The position numbers were made by a program, and so were the translations under genes. DNA of 64,000 nt from Camelus dromedarius (Eukaryota). Within the stretch, counting starts at the first letter, position 1, and the number at the start of each line of letters is the position of its first letter. The notes beneath the pieces are model-generated. The model made no database searches. It was not told the origin of the DNA and was given only the letters and a program-made list of their open reading frames with translations. Below are positions 25,451 through 39,396 of this stretch, one piece after another. The stretch lies in assembly GCF_036321535.1 (NCBI RefSeq), contig NC_087436.1, positions 100,752,001-100,816,000 on the forward strand, read 5' to 3'.

Positions 25451-25819
25451 ATTTTTAAACACATTTCCAAGTTTAAAAAATAGGTAAATATATGTGAATA
25501 TGAGCATTATTACATTTTAATTAGTATATAACATTGTTAATTTCTGTAATAGATAATAGATTACATAATCTATAACTATACTATATAATCTTTTACCTGT
25601 TAGACCTAAAGTGCTATATATTATATGTCATTATATATTATTTTTCATATGAGATATGTTGTATACTATCTTAATATATTAAGTAATGAAATGTATAATA
25701 TATAATACATTGTATACCATATTACACATAATTTACTATATCTGATTATGAATTTAGTAAATATAGTATAATTAAATGTGACATTTTTATATACTATATA
25801 TACTTATATATTTAGCTTC

Positions 25820-26211
25820 TGATATGGACTGAAGCTATGTGTCCTGAAATTCATTTGTTGACAACCTAACCCCCAATGTGACTGGATTTGGAGACAGGGC
25901 TTTTAAGGAGATAACTAAGGTGAAGTGAGGTCATTAGAGTAGGACCCCGATCCACTAGGTTTAGCGTCCTTATAAGAAGAGATATCAGGGAGCCCACTCT
26001 TGCTCGGGTCACACGCACACGGAGGTGAGACCACGTCAGTGCACAGCGAGAAGGTGGCCATCCGCAATCCAGGAAGCAAGCTCTCACCAGGATGCAAATC
26101 TGTCAGCACCCTGATCTTGAATTTCCCAGGCTCCAGAACTTTGAGAAATAAGTTTCTGTCATTGAAGTCACCCAGTCTGTGGCATTTTGTTATGCAGCTT
26201 GAGCTAAGATA
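25820..26211 (+). mobile_element. MaLR solo LTR (MLT1A/B-like)
   Basis: Perfect 5-bp TSD GCTTC (25815-25819, 26212-26216) and MLT1 motifs. Confidence 0.92.
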
Positions 26212-26289
26212 GCTTCTTCCAGATTTTCAAATTTTCCACATTTTAAGTTTTTATAATGCTCTTGCTTGTTCTAAGTAGAACTTCCTAGC

Positions 26290-26740
26290 TTTTATTATGC
26301 TTTGGCAGAAGTCTCAGAATACCAAATAAAAGTAGGTTGAACAATAAAGGCTCTTGTTTATTCTCTCAGTCAATCCGGAGTCCACTTAATTACTGGAAAG
26401 CAGTTCCAGTCTTGGTCCAGGGGCTCAGTGATACCATGAGGGACCTAGTCTCTTCTCATCTTCCCCTCTGATATCCTCAGAAGATGATTTAACCTCAGAG
26501 TTGAAAGAGAGTTTCTGTGATCAGGTCCTTATTAGATATCACTCAAAGCAGGAAGAGACAGTTGGAATAATTGGGGCTTTGTGGCCACAGAGTCTTCTCC
26601 CCACCTCCAATATGGCAATTACTGGCCATGGGCTATAGGATTGTCATGAGTGTTTGACTGATAAATATTTATACCTTGGGTCTTTGTCCACCCTAAAAAT
26701 TATATCCTACTGCTAAAGAACAAAATGAAGGTTTAGGGGG
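26290..26740 (-). mobile_element. Old MaLR LTR (MLT1K/L-like)
   Basis: ggctcagtgataccatgagggacctagtctcttctcatcttcccctctgatatcctcag. Confidence 0.6.
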
Positions 26741-27376
26741 CATCATTATTTGAAGTGTAATCAAATATCGTATCACATTATCAACTCTAGCTCACTGTCA
26801 GGAAGGCTGCCAATGAAAGAACATCAGTACTTCACAAACATGACTTAGATTTAGATTTAGATTAGGATTAAACTGAAGGTTTTTCTTAGTCTTGTTGTAA
26901 AATCAAAGTTTTGTGAGAATGTTCCAAATTGGGGTACTTTCTCTTCACAGCTGTGTGATGAGGAGCCTGCCAACCTGTCATGAATGCTGTGGGCCCCACC
27001 CCACCGTCAGGATGGAGGCAAACGTACCCCAGCTGCCAGCAGTGTCTGTTCAAAACAGCAATCATGTGAGACTACGTTTTTTCTCATGGTTTCTCTACAC
27101 ATTCCCATTTCCAAATTATTAAAAAACAAGAATATCCTTTTCCTTCCATCTAAGAGTGAAAAAACAAAAACAAAAGAATATTTCCCAGTTGACATGAGGT
27201 TATTTTCGGAAATAAAAAACATTTAATGTTTTGTATAGTTTCGTTTTATTAGTGTAAACTGTCATCCCCAACATTTGTAACAGTCTTTTATGCCTATGAA
27301 TTTTTTATGGAAATCAGAGACTGAGGTCCAGAAAAGGCAAAATCTAGCATGAGAAAAAGAAAACAGCTGTGGAAGA

Positions 27377-27875
27377 TGTGATGGGAAAGATAATGGCCCT
27401 TCAGAGATGTATCCTGTATCCTCATCCCTGCAACCTGTGAATATGGGACCTCCCATGGCAAAGAGAAATTAAGGTAGTAGATGAAAGAAAGGTTGCTAAA
27501 TCAGCTTACCTTAGAAAAGGGAGAATGTCCTGATTATCTGTACAAGCCCAATGTCATGACAGTGACCCTTTAAAATAGAAGAGAGAGGTCAAAGAGGTCA
27601 TCAGAGTGATACGATGTTAGAGTCTCAACCCGCTCTTGCTGGCTTTAAAGATGGAGGAGGGGCGCGGGAACACAAGGAATACATTCAGCCTCTAGAAACA
27701 GGTTGGTACAGGAGATCACTCCCCTTGAGCCTCTAGAAGTGAATGCAGCCCAGCTAATGCCTTGATTTTGGCCCTGTGACACTTCTGACCCCTACAGCTG
27801 TGAGATAATAAACGTATGTTGTCTGAAGTCACTGTTTGTGGCAATTTGTTATGGGAGCAATAAGCAACTAGTAGA
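27377..27875 (+). mobile_element. MaLR solo LTR (MLT1D-like)
   Basis: 5-bp TSD GAAGA (27372-27376, 27876-27880) and a full-length MLT1D-like sequence. Confidence 0.92.
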
Positions 27876-29219
27876 GAAGACTGGATGCAGTCGGGTTAGG
27901 GTTTGAAACTACCAGAATGTAAGGGCACAAAAATACACAGAATTTGGGGAAGAGCATGAGACTGCCCAGAGAATAGAAGTAGGAGGATTGAGCCAACTTC
28001 ATATATACCTCAAAAGATAGGTTAACCTTACTGAACCTTAACATCAAGATTTAGCTGTAAAAGAAGCCCCTACTTCTGCTTCTATTATGACTGTTGCTAT
28101 GGGTCCTGCCGGTACACTGCCTGACTTTGGACTTCCATCCCTGCATTTTACCCAGTTCTGGGTTTGGATTCCTGATCCTATGTCCATCCTACCCTCTGAA
28201 GCCTTTCTCAAAGCTATCATTTCTTTTTGGCCATGTATTCCACAAAGACCACACCCAACCCATTCTCTAAAGCTGCAGCTCTCAAACTGGAATATGCTAA
28301 AAACAGAGCTATCCAGAGGCTAGCCTGGGGACAAGCAAGGCCATATATTTTCCAAAAATGACCTTAAGGAAAAATTGGTTTTATTCAAAGATTTTAAGGA
28401 ATTTTTTTTTGACATTAAAACTGGGCAAGCAAAACTGTAGACCCAGCTTTCTGTTGTAACTAATCTAATCCTTTCTTTTCTTTCGTGAACATACTAACAT
28501 TTATATGCTGTTGAATATTGGGATATTGGGTATTTTTGTGCTGTAAAAGAAACACATGGCATCCGTGGCCTTAGTACTGGAGCCCCCCATTCAGCCAAAA
28601 TGAATTGTGCTATTTCACTGGTTGCTATAGCTAATCTTAGGCCTCACCCCCAAATCCAATCAAAAAAGCTTGAAAATGGGGCGACTAACACCATTAAATT
28701 TTGTTTTAGTTTATTGTTTTATGAATTAGCATTATTATTTTCATTCATGATCACACAGGCATATACACATACACACATGCATACACACATGTCCACAAAT
28801 CTAAATGCATTGACAATTGTGCTCTACCAAATTTTCTGTTAACAGATGTTCGACTAAATATTTCACTTCAACATTGAAAAACTGTGTCTTGTTTGTTTTC
28901 TTTATTTTTATTGTTTAATACTTTAAAAATAATTTTAAAGTATTTTTAAAATTATATTTTTCAATTTGGATCATAGATAAGAAGCTAAAACAGAAAGTTT
29001 GAGGAAATGGAGGCTAAGTATGAACTTATTCAAATAAATGAGGGAAATTCAAAGACATTTTAAATTATTGAAAGTTGAAATAAACATTCTGTCACCTTTC
29101 AAATGGAGGAAATGAACTTTAAAATGAATCTCTTAACACTACTCCAACTATAGTTAGTAAATTTGTAAATAGCATAATTTAGATTCTTACTAAATATATG
29201 TACTTTATTATCAAGGAGA

Positions 29220-29645
29220 TGTAAAGTAGTTTAACTCAATAGAAGTGATATTTTACAACTTCTGAGCTTTGTTATCAAGAGATCTGACAGCATTGATTCT
29301 CCCATTCTTGGAAATTTGCCTTGAGATCACTATACATAGAAGCCCTAACATACCTAACAGAGGAAAGGCAGCCACACACAAAGCAAGGCAACTTGCTCAT
29401 CTGAGGACCTCTAGAGCAACCATCAGACAGCAAGCCCCAACTTCAGGATATATGAGTGAGGCCTTCTTAGATCACTGAGTCCCAATAAAGCTGTCCATTA
29501 TACAGTTGCATGAACTAGTTGCCTAGGCAACACCAGCAGAAGCCTTGCTTTGCCTAAGCCAAGCTGACCTGAAGAATCTTACCAAACAGTTACAAGCTTC
29601 CAAGTTTCAGGGTTGTTTTGTTACACAGCAATAAACAATGGATAT
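29220..29645 (+). mobile_element. MaLR LTR (MLT1G/H-like)
   Basis: atatgagtgaggccttcttagatc...aagtttcagggttgttttgttacacagcaataaacaa. Confidence 0.7.
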
Positions 29646-30363
29646 ATGTTTATTACCAAGTGTACTTTTAGAATGTCTTTTCATGAGACTGCAGAAGCTT
29701 ATGAGAAAACACTAAAATAAATCAACTGACCTTTTTAATATGGGTTGAAAATCTCCTTAGTCAGATTCACATGTTCATTAGAAGAATTTTCTATTTTCCA
29801 TATTACTAAGGATGATAGTTTTGACAATTTTTTTTCACAACTATGTAATAAAGGTCAACAGTTTTTTGGCCTCAGTTAGCATTTTTCAAGTGTCCACCAA
29901 TAATTCATTTGCCATTTCTCCAGCCTTGCAATTTTTCCAGCCTATTCCCACCATCCTGCCTCAAAGCCAATGCCACTTGTTTGGGGTTTTAGTTATGGCA
30001 CTATCCTATTGCTAGGTACGAATATCTATATCAATGCTTAAAAAATCACCCAAAACTTGGTAAGTTAAAACAAACTATTTAATTTGCTCACTATTCTGTC
30101 AACAATTTTGGCTAGACCTAGACAGGCAATTCTTCTGCTGGTCTTTTCTGTGCTCCCACATGCAGCTACATTTATCTGATGATTGACTAGGGCTCAGTGC
30201 TATGGTAGCTCCATTCATAATTGGCAGCTTGGGCTGTGTGGAGGTCAAGAGTGCCTCTGCTGTAAAGTTCTGACTTTGTTCCATATGGCTTTTCATGATT
30301 CAATAGGCTAGATGAGAATTTTTTGCATAATACTCTTAGGGCTGTGTCCGAGCAAGGTAAAAG

Positions 30364-30910
30364 TGTTAGAGCAGGCAGATACCTAGATATGAGCAGAGAA
30401 AGAGGACGTGGGCCAAACAGCAGGAAACCATATATCTCGTGAACAATGGGGGTCCCTGAGCAGACAGAGAAAAGCAGGAACTTCCATATTGATAAGAAAT
30501 CACACATTTTGGGTGACAAGTATCCTAGAGGCAGGCAAAGAAATGTGTGAAAGGAAAAATCCAATGTCCGAATGTAACCTTTTGCACATTATGCCCTCAT
30601 CACCATAAAATTAGCCTTGCAGATTAGAAGTACCCATCATGCATTGACACCATGACACTTCCAGTCAAGACTAAATAGGGACAAAAATCCCTCCACCCCT
30701 CGGGAAGGTGGAGCTGGGATGGAAATCAGGAAATACAACCCCAGAGCCCTCCTTACCTGATGAATATTCCACCAATTCATTTTTAACCCTATGTGTAGAA
30801 GAAAAGCATCCTATCTATCCCTTAATAATTCGTCACTTTAATTTCTTGATCTCCGTGTCTCATTTCTGAATTCTTTCTGTGATGTGACAAGAACCTAATC
30901 TCCTCTAACA
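30364..30910 (+). mobile_element. ERV1-class solo LTR (MER41/MER4-group-like)
   Basis: TGTTAGAG...CTCTAACA terminal inverted repeat, TSD aaag/gaag. Confidence 0.8.
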
Positions 30911-31006
30911 GAAGCAGAAGCTGAATGCCACTTGAGCCAATGTCTATTCTGCCGTAATTAACTATCAAAGCTCATCAGAAAATGAGTCCAGATTTTTAAA
31001 CACTGG

Positions 31007-31456
31007 TGTAGTGGGTTACATGACATCCTCCCAAAAGATATGTCCATGTTCTAAGAACAAGATCCCTTGAATGGGACCTTATTTGGAAAAAAGGCCTTTG
31101 CAGATGTAAGTAAATTAAAGGACCTTGTAATGAGACCATCCTGCATATCTTTAGGCAAGCTCCAAACCTCATGACAAGGGTTCTTATAATGGACAGAAGA
31201 GGAGAAGGCACAGACAGAGAAGTGGAGAGGCCACATGAGGTCAACGGCCAAGACTGGAGTGAAGCAGCCACAAAGAAATGTTGATAGTCACCAGAGGCTG
31301 GAAGAGGCAGGGGAAGATTCTCTTCTAGAGCCTTCAGAAGGAGTGTGACTCTGTTAAACACCTTAATTTTTGATTTCTGGCAGTCAGAACCATAAGAAAA
31401 TAAATTTTTGTTGCTTTTAGTCTCAAAATTTATGGTTTGTTGCCGTGGCCACAGGA
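31007..31456 (+). mobile_element. MaLR LTR (MLT1C-like)
   Basis: tgtagtgggtt...gaccttatttggaaaaaaggcctttgcagatgtaa...caccagaggctggaagaggcag. Confidence 0.88.
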
Positions 31457-32736
31457 TAGAGCCTGCACCTCCTTATGGGCGGTATGAGAAGCAAAACCGG
31501 GAAGGGATGATACGGCAGTGGGCGGATTATTGCAGACATAGTTGAAATCAATCTACCACATGTATGAAATCATTGCTCTGGCAACATTTGAAAGTCATTT
31601 TCATTAAAAATGAAAAGTTGAATGAATATAAGAATTTTATTCAATTAAATTTGAGATGCCTGGCATAGAAATAATACATTTACAAGTTCAATTCAACATG
31701 AACATTTTTTAAAGGCTAAAATTTTATTTATCAGCCTTATGATCTTCTAGGAAGAGCTTATGTAATAAGGAGAGATTTTGGTTAAGTTTTTGGTTTTTAT
31801 AGACAAATGAGCTTTGTATTAAAAAGCAGCATAACTGGAAAAGCTGACCTTATTTTATAAAGCTAATGATGCATTTAAATGATATATTTGAGCTATTGAT
31901 TAAAAGATAGTTTCTTTTATCATAGTAGCTATTATATTTATACTTTGCTTATATAATAGTCTCTACAAAACAATTAATTTGCAGAAAAGGAGATGTTAAA
32001 AATATTTTAAGGTATGTAAATTTTTTTAGCAAGCAAATTTGAGCCTTAAAAAATAATAATAATCAATTCTGGAACCATGCCCAGATGGAGCTAAATCCAT
32101 AGGAAACCAAAGAATGTGAGTGGCATCTCAAAACAAAATTTTTGTAAACTCAGATTATTACCGATAATGTCTCAAAGGTATTATCTCTTAGTTATCGCAA
32201 GGTAGTCAATGCAATGATAAAATGGGAAGTTGTGTGGAAAGAAAAACAAGTGGTTATTTGCAAAGGCACCTTGCCACACCTTTTCAGCACATAGAAGGTG
32301 TTGACAGTTTTTGAAGCCAGAGTTTTTCTTGTTGCTGATTTTATTTCTTCCTTATGAGGGAAAAAAAAAAAAAGAAAGAAAAAGAAAAAAGAAGCAAAGA
32401 CTTTAAAGTTCAATTAAGACAATGAATTTAGTCTTCACTTTAATGAGCCATACCCCACCAAGTTGAGTAGCTTTGTGGACATGTTCCCAAGGTTTAATAC
32501 TCTTAAAGAGCAACTTCAAGGCAAAAACTATCAATATTTTTATGGCTTAAAGCAAAACTAAAAAAACAATATGGCAGCAAAAGTACTAAGACAACAAAAG
32601 TGTAGGAACTGGATGAGGAGAAATGATCCTGAGGATTGTGATCTGACTGGAACTCTTAATTCATCTCTATGTGGTTTAAATCACAGCTTCAGTGGGAAAG
32701 TAAGGAGTAGCATCACCACTGAGTATCACTAATTAT

Positions 32737-33596
32737 CAGAGAAAATGCAAATCAAAACCACAATGAGATACTACTTCACACCAGTCAGAATGGCCATAAT
32801 TTAAAAGTCAACAAACAATAAATGCTGGCGAGGGTGTGGAGAAAAGGCAACCCTCCTACATTGCTGGTGGAAATGCAGTTTGGTGCAGCCATTATGGAAA
32901 ACAATATGCAGATTCCTCAAAAAACTAAAAATAGGCTTACCATATAATCCAGCAATCCTGCTCCTCGGCATATATCAGGAGGGAACTCCAATTTGAAAAT
33001 ATACATGCACCCCAGTGTTCATAGCAGCACTATATACAAAAGCCAAGACATGGAAACAACCTAAATGTCCACCAACAGATGATTGGATAAAGAAGTTGTG
33101 GTGTATTTAGACAATGGAATACTACCCAGTCATAAAAAACAATACAATAATGCCATTTGCAGCAACATGGATGACTCTGAAGATCATCACTTTAAGTGAA
33201 CTAAGCCAAAAAGAGAAAGAAAAATACCACATGATACCACTCATATGTGGAATGTAAAAATAAGAAAAAAGAAGACACTAATGAATTCACCTACGAAACA
33301 GAAACAGACTCACAGACATAGTAAACAATCTTATGGTTACTGGAGGAAATGGGGTGGGAAGGGATAAATTGGGAGTTTGTGATTTGCAAATATTAACTAG
33401 TATATATAAAATAGAAAAGCAACAGGTTTCTACTGTGTAGCATGGGGGACTATATTCAATATCTGGTCATAACTTATAACGAAAGGAATATGAAATGAAT
33501 GTATGTATGTATACATATGACTGAAACATTATGCTGCACACCAGAAATTGACACATTGTAAACTGACAATACTTCATTTAAAAAAATAATAATAAC
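32737..33596 (+). mobile_element. 5'-truncated L1 (ORF2 C-terminus, 3'UTR and A-rich tail)
   Basis: aatgcaaatcaaaaccacaatgagatactacttcacaccagtcagaatggcc (MQIKTTMRYYFTPVRMA). Flanked by atcactaattat direct repeats. Confidence 0.95.
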
Positions 33597-34581
33597 ATCA
33601 CTAATTATTTTTCTTCACTGAAAAACGTTTTGGTGATTATTGCCCTGAAGCACTCACAGAGACTGACCCATGGATCAAAGACTCATTCCATTCACCACAG
33701 AGCAAACAGTTGTGCATTCTCCTCCCCACTTCCCCATCACCCTCCAAAATTAAATTTCCACCAATGTTTTATTTATTGGCCAGTTGCTTAGACAATACAC
33801 CTTAGTAATTACCTGATCACATTAAATGAAAAAGTAACAGTTATTACTTAGTTATGTTATTAATGTAAGGCTAGGTTATGAAAACACTATGGAAAAATAG
33901 CAATGAAAAAACTTGCTAGAATGTCACCTATTATAATCCCAGCTCATTTCTTTTAGTTGGTACATTCAATGTAATAGTTGATCTTCCACTTACTATTAAC
34001 ATAAGTAGGAAACTAAACCCCACCATTTGTTAATAATTTAAAACACTGTATATTAAAACAAACATCATATGTTTTTCATGATTGACTTCAAAAGGGAACC
34101 ATCCAGCTTGCCACATTCCAACAGGATGTTATGCCTCTCAATTCTCAATGCTTGAGTTCACTTACCCTTCGGCTATTAGGTTTGAGAAGTTTGAGACACA
34201 CTGTTCCTATTATTGTCCTATTATTGTGTTACTTGTCAAACACTGTTTTGGGGTCACATGTGTGGTGTTTCACAGTTCATGGACGGTTAACAATCTACTC
34301 TGAAGTTCCGTAGGATGCTGTATTTAGATCAGCCCCACTTGTTTGGGGGTGGGTAGGAGGTACCATTAACAGACATGATGATTCCAGAAGGAAGTTCATT
34401 AGTTCCGAAACGCTTTCTAACATCTTTGCTTTAAATGTTTGTCTTGACAACTTACTCATGAGTCCACTCAATGCACTATATATATTTGCAATGGAGTTAA
34501 AAACTCCCTTCTGGGCATATAAAAGTCTGACACATCTACAAACAAAAAAAATCTCATCCACTTATTTCTCCATCCATCTGT

Positions 34582-34585
<4 letters not shown>

Positions 34586-34629
<44 letters not shown>

Positions 34630-34632
34630 ACA
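34586..34632. repeat. (AC)n microsatellite, about 20 units
   Basis: Directly visible. Confidence 0.95.
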
Positions 34633-35954
34633 TGCAGATCAAAATTAATTTACAGTGAAAGCAGATGGTGTTACAGGAAGTTCACTGATGACACTATGAA
34701 ACCCAATCTTTCTCCAGATTTCATGAGAGAACTTCTATTATTAGAAGATACTTTCACTTTCTGTAAAACCCCTTGAATTTGAGGTTTAACTTTTATCAGT
34801 TAATATAAAGGCCTCTCTAAACTTTTCTTAATTCCCAGATGGACACTGTCATACGTTTTACACAGTTCATAATTTTACCCTAGATTATAAGCATTGCTAG
34901 TGTCTTTATATCTCCAAAAGACTCATGTTAAAATAAATGCTAACATAGTCTTTCATGTATTATTAAGTTCCCCCTATGTAGATTGAAAGGTCTTTATTTG
35001 CTGCATTTTGATTAAATAAAGCAACAGTATGCACCATATCTCAGTTTATTCTTTGGCATTTTCCATTTAGTATTTCTAGAAATGTTGCAATTTTATAATA
35101 CAAAGAGAAAGGATTCAGTTGGAAATGTCGAAACTATTTTTATTGAAGAGATGATCAGTTCCTGGTGGCATTGATACAAATTGCCAAAAAGTTTATTTTT
35201 TAATTCAACATATAATAGGTACAACATATAATAGATGACTTTCCAAATAATGTATTATTCCTAAGCATACCACCTAATCAGAGATATGTGGGTCCCAGCT
35301 GCTGTCCTCTGAAGGTATGCCAAAAAGGACAGAGAAATTGTTACTTGTAGTCAAATTTCAACTTATTAGAATTGATATTTTTCAAGCTTAACATTCTTCT
35401 AGATAACTCTTTCTAGCCTTATCAATTTTTCTACTCTTTTGAAGAATCTGAAGGTAAAAGATGAAAAATTCAAGTCATCTCACATGGTTTTGACATATCC
35501 ATATATGCATATGTATGGTGTGCAAGACATTTAAGGCAGCTGGATAAAATAAACTTGGTTACTAGCTTATTGTTGTTTCCCAGTTTCCAGACTGGCTGTA
35601 CAAGTAACTAGGGTTTATCTATTTTTAGATAATTGGCTTTTATATAATGAAGTGTCCCTTGATTCTTCGAGGCATTTACATACCTGAGATACTTGTTTCA
35701 TGTTTTGACATGACAGGTGCACCAATGCATTTCCTTGCAATAGACACTGTTACGGTTTTCTGAAAATAAGTTGTATTCGCAAAACTCAAAGGAATTTTGG
35801 CACTTTGACATGAAGCATTCATTGTGTGAGCTTTCAGTATTTCCTGGATAAATGTAAAAGCTTATTAAGTGAGCTGCTATGGGATAAAAGAATTACAAAG
35901 TTCGTTTTACTTATATTTTTTAATTCAAATCTCCCTCAGATCATTGGTAAGTTT

Positions 35955-36395
35955 GCTCAGTCATTCAATAAATATTTATTGTGTGCCTGCCATATGTCAA
36001 GCACTCTTCCAGGGACTAGAGATCCACAGAAAACCAAACCAAAATCACTGTTCTGATGGATTTTACACTTGTGTGTGTTGGGGGAAAGGAGTATTAGATA
36101 GAAAAATTAGATATATGAAGAATGTGATAAAGTTTCAGTTGTTAATATAAAATAAGGCATGGTAAGGGAGATAGTGGTACCTGGGTGAGTGTTGCTAATT
36201 GATAGAGGATGTCAGGGAAGGGAGGCCTCTCTGATAAGGTGACATTTCAGTAGACATTTAAAGTAAGAGAATGAGCCTTGCAGATAATCCTGTCAAAGAG
36301 CTTACCAGACACAGCTGGTCCAGTATGCAAAGGAGGGGAACAGATCTTGCTTATCATTGTCAAGGAATAATAAGAGGACAGTGTGCCTAGAGTGC
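35955..36395 (-). mobile_element. L2 3' end (L2a-like)
   Basis: tcattcaataaatatttattgtgtgcctgccatatgtcaagcact...ggcctctctgataaggtgacattt. Confidence 0.85.
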
Positions 36396-36424
36396 TTTAC
36401 ATTTTTATCACCAATGTTTGGATT

Positions 36425-36668
36425 TAATAATAATAGCTTTACACATAAGAACATTTTAAAATTTACCAAGCACTTGCATACAGTAAGTTGTTGATTGACA
36501 CTACAGGCTTGAAATATGATTGAGAATTATTATCCCAACATTATAAAGGAAGAAACTGAAGTCCAAAATTTTTAAGGGTCCTATCTCCATTCTCACAACT
36601 GCTGAGTGACCAAGCTGGAACCATAATCCAGATCTCCCGATTCCTGGCCCATTTTTCTCCCCATTATT
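36425..36668 (-). mobile_element. MIR SINE
   Basis: taataataatagct...attattatcccaacattataaaggaagaaactgaagtcca. Confidence 0.7.
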
Positions 36669-37589
36669 TTATATTTTGCATCAAGCTTAGACTACACTGG
36701 GCTTTGATTACTCTCTGATATGCTCAGTCCAAGACTCGAGAATCTAGAAACAAAACCTCTATCTGAAAGTACATACCTCAAAGCAACCATAGTGCCCTTT
36801 TGTCGAAATCTTCACATTTTAGAGGGAAGAAACTAAGGCCAAGAGATACATATTATTGAAGCTTATAAGACACTTGAATTTGAAATAGTTTTTTCCTAAA
36901 AGGCAGCATATTCATTGATCTTATACAAAAATATTATCATATCAGAATGTCTATTTAACATTCTCTGAACATACCATGTGCTGTCGTATCAACCCTTTAT
37001 TCGTTTCATACTATCTAGTGAGAGTACATTTACATTCTCTCACTTAGGAAACTTTGTTGTTTGAGATATCACCCACGGTACCATCTTTCAATCATATCTG
37101 TCTCATACGGTTCAGAATGCACTTAATCCTTGTGTTTACTACTCATTTTGCCTCTAGGATATGCTCCTTTTTATTGTCAGTTAATGTTTAAATGTATCTG
37201 TCCTAACATCCCAAAACAACACAAATGATCAACTTTTATGGATTATTTGCGTTTCCAGGCTCTTTATCTTATACACACACACACACACACACAAACATAT
37301 ATTTGGATATGCATATATACATTTGCATTTATGATCATCAATTTGCAAAAATGGATAGTGTTGATGATGATGATAAAAAAAAAGAACGGTTTCAACTAAA
37401 TAACTGATCATACAAAACTTATGGTTCTTATGGACTCTTCATCTTATAGAATCTTAAAATTTTAGTGTTCATTTTAAGTTAAACTTACATGTTGAATGTC
37501 CTGTTCAAATAAAATGCTTACTAACCTCTTTGAAGATATGACAGGAAGGGAGTGGGAGAAAATTGAAAGTATAGTGCCTGTTATACAAA

Positions 37590-38065
37590 TGCTTTTTTAA
37601 GTCAATTTTCAGATACTAAAGTAACATATAAATACATTATTCTTTAAAAATTCAAGAATTAGAAATAAATCTGTTCTCCTTTGTCTTCTAATTGCTATCC
37701 AATATATCTCCTACTGGCCCTGCCCCACATGCATTAGTTGAGTATTTTTCCTGAGATAGTTCTACATTTACACACATATCCCATGCATCCACAGATGGAC
37801 CCTTACTATTTTGGTTTGTGATAGATAGATAGGTAGATAGTTGATATATAATGTTTATATAATATGAATTATATCACTGTTACATATTTTTCTGCAACTT
37901 CTTATTTTTACACACTATTTCTTAGAAATGCTTTTTGCTTCTACATCCTGACATACGTCATTCTTTTTAAATGCTGCACAGTATTCCACAATAAGGAATA
38001 CTACAGTGAGTGTATTTAGCCATCCTCTTAAAGAAAAAAATTTAGGATATTTCAAGGACTTCTTT
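37590..38065 (-). mobile_element. Ancient L1 (L1ME-like) 3' region
   Basis: tttctgcaacttcttattttacac...cattctttttaaatgctgcacagtattccac...tatttagccatcc. Confidence 0.65.
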
Positions 38066-39396
38066 ATACTAAGAATCAGAGAATTTTTTCTCCTTAAAAC
38101 TCTCTGGAAAAGCCCTTATTAGTGAGCTAAGCACTAACAGTTCCTTTACCAGCTGGACCCTGAGTCTCCTTAATTATGTCTCCAGGGTATAATAACCTGG
38201 CAGACAGAGGGAAATAAGTTTCATGATTATTCCAAACATTTTTTGAAAGATGAGAACTTTACATTGCTTTGTACGTTCAAGGAAAATAATCTCTTAAAAC
38301 AAGATTTTTTTTTTTTTTAAGAATTGGGAATGAGTAACATAACTTAAACCAAGATGTTTACTAGGGAAAATAAAATTTATCAGTGTTATGCATGAGTCAA
38401 GGTGATAATTCAAAACACAAGTGAACTCAAACAAGTACAAAACCTTAGCACTCACACAGTCATGCTTTCCTATAAACAATGAATCACAGAGAAATAGCAA
38501 CTCACCTTTTATCAAAAAGCTTCCTGTTGATTTAAGCAAGTTAAACATGTGAGAATTGACTAAAGACTCAGGCATTCAGATAAACAAAAATGTTTTGGTT
38601 TTAAGTGTGGATGCAGAAGGCACATAACCAAGGAGAAAAACTAAGTTTAAAATTGCCCAAGGTACATTACAGGAAGGGTATTAATAAATAGCTCTGGATC
38701 TGCTTTGCAGGAACAATTCTTTACAATTTGGAATGGCGAGTGACAGAAATCTAAGATCATGGTTATCTCCAGCCGAAGTCATGGTCCTGAACCAGACAGT
38801 GCCACACATAAAACATGAAATGAAGGAGAAACCAATTGATAAAGCAAAGCATTCACTGAACTTTGTATTTTAAAAGACAGAGGAAACCAGAGTGACAAAA
38901 GTTCTATCCTAGGAAAATAGCACGGAAGCCTGAACGGGAGGTGGGATTGGATAGGCTAAAACGTGGCAGAGTTATCTTAATCAAGAATGTCTAATTCCTG
39001 GATGAATTTATGGCTCAAAATAGTGGTTTAGAAACATAAAATCTTTCAACCAATAGAGTCAAATACAATATAAAGAATGAAATGCAATCTTAAGTGAAAG
39101 TTAAAATAGAAAGTGAGAGGGAGATTGGGGAGAAAGAGAAGGAGAGACTATTTGGGGGGGGGGGAGGTATGGAGTGGAAAGCAAAGCCCTGTGGAAATTA
39201 CTGACCAAATAGCTTCACTTAGCTCCCTAAGTATGGTGGACTACCAATAATTCAAAAAGACTTTAAATCACAAGGGCGTCTCAGATACGCTTGCCTTGGT
39301 GTATAAATTATGCTAAATGAGCACTATTTGACACACACTGGAAAAAGATAACCATTAGTTATCACAAGTAATCCTGTGACAATGCCACGACACACA

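Larger units (their letters stand above)
29955..31560 (-). mobile_element. Old MaLR LTR with adjacent internal sequence, split by two later insertions
   Basis: Fragments at about 29955-30363, 30911-31006 and 31460-31560 (ending caatctaccaca). caaagccaatgccac...ttatggcactatcctattgctaggtac resembles the MLT-int 5' end. Confidence 0.65.

Noticed and set aside
26845..26870. Telomere-like (TTAGAT)n run, and (TAGTCC)x3 at about 60535-60554
   Set aside because: Only 3-4 imperfect units and not TTAGGG. These are ordinary slippage repeats.
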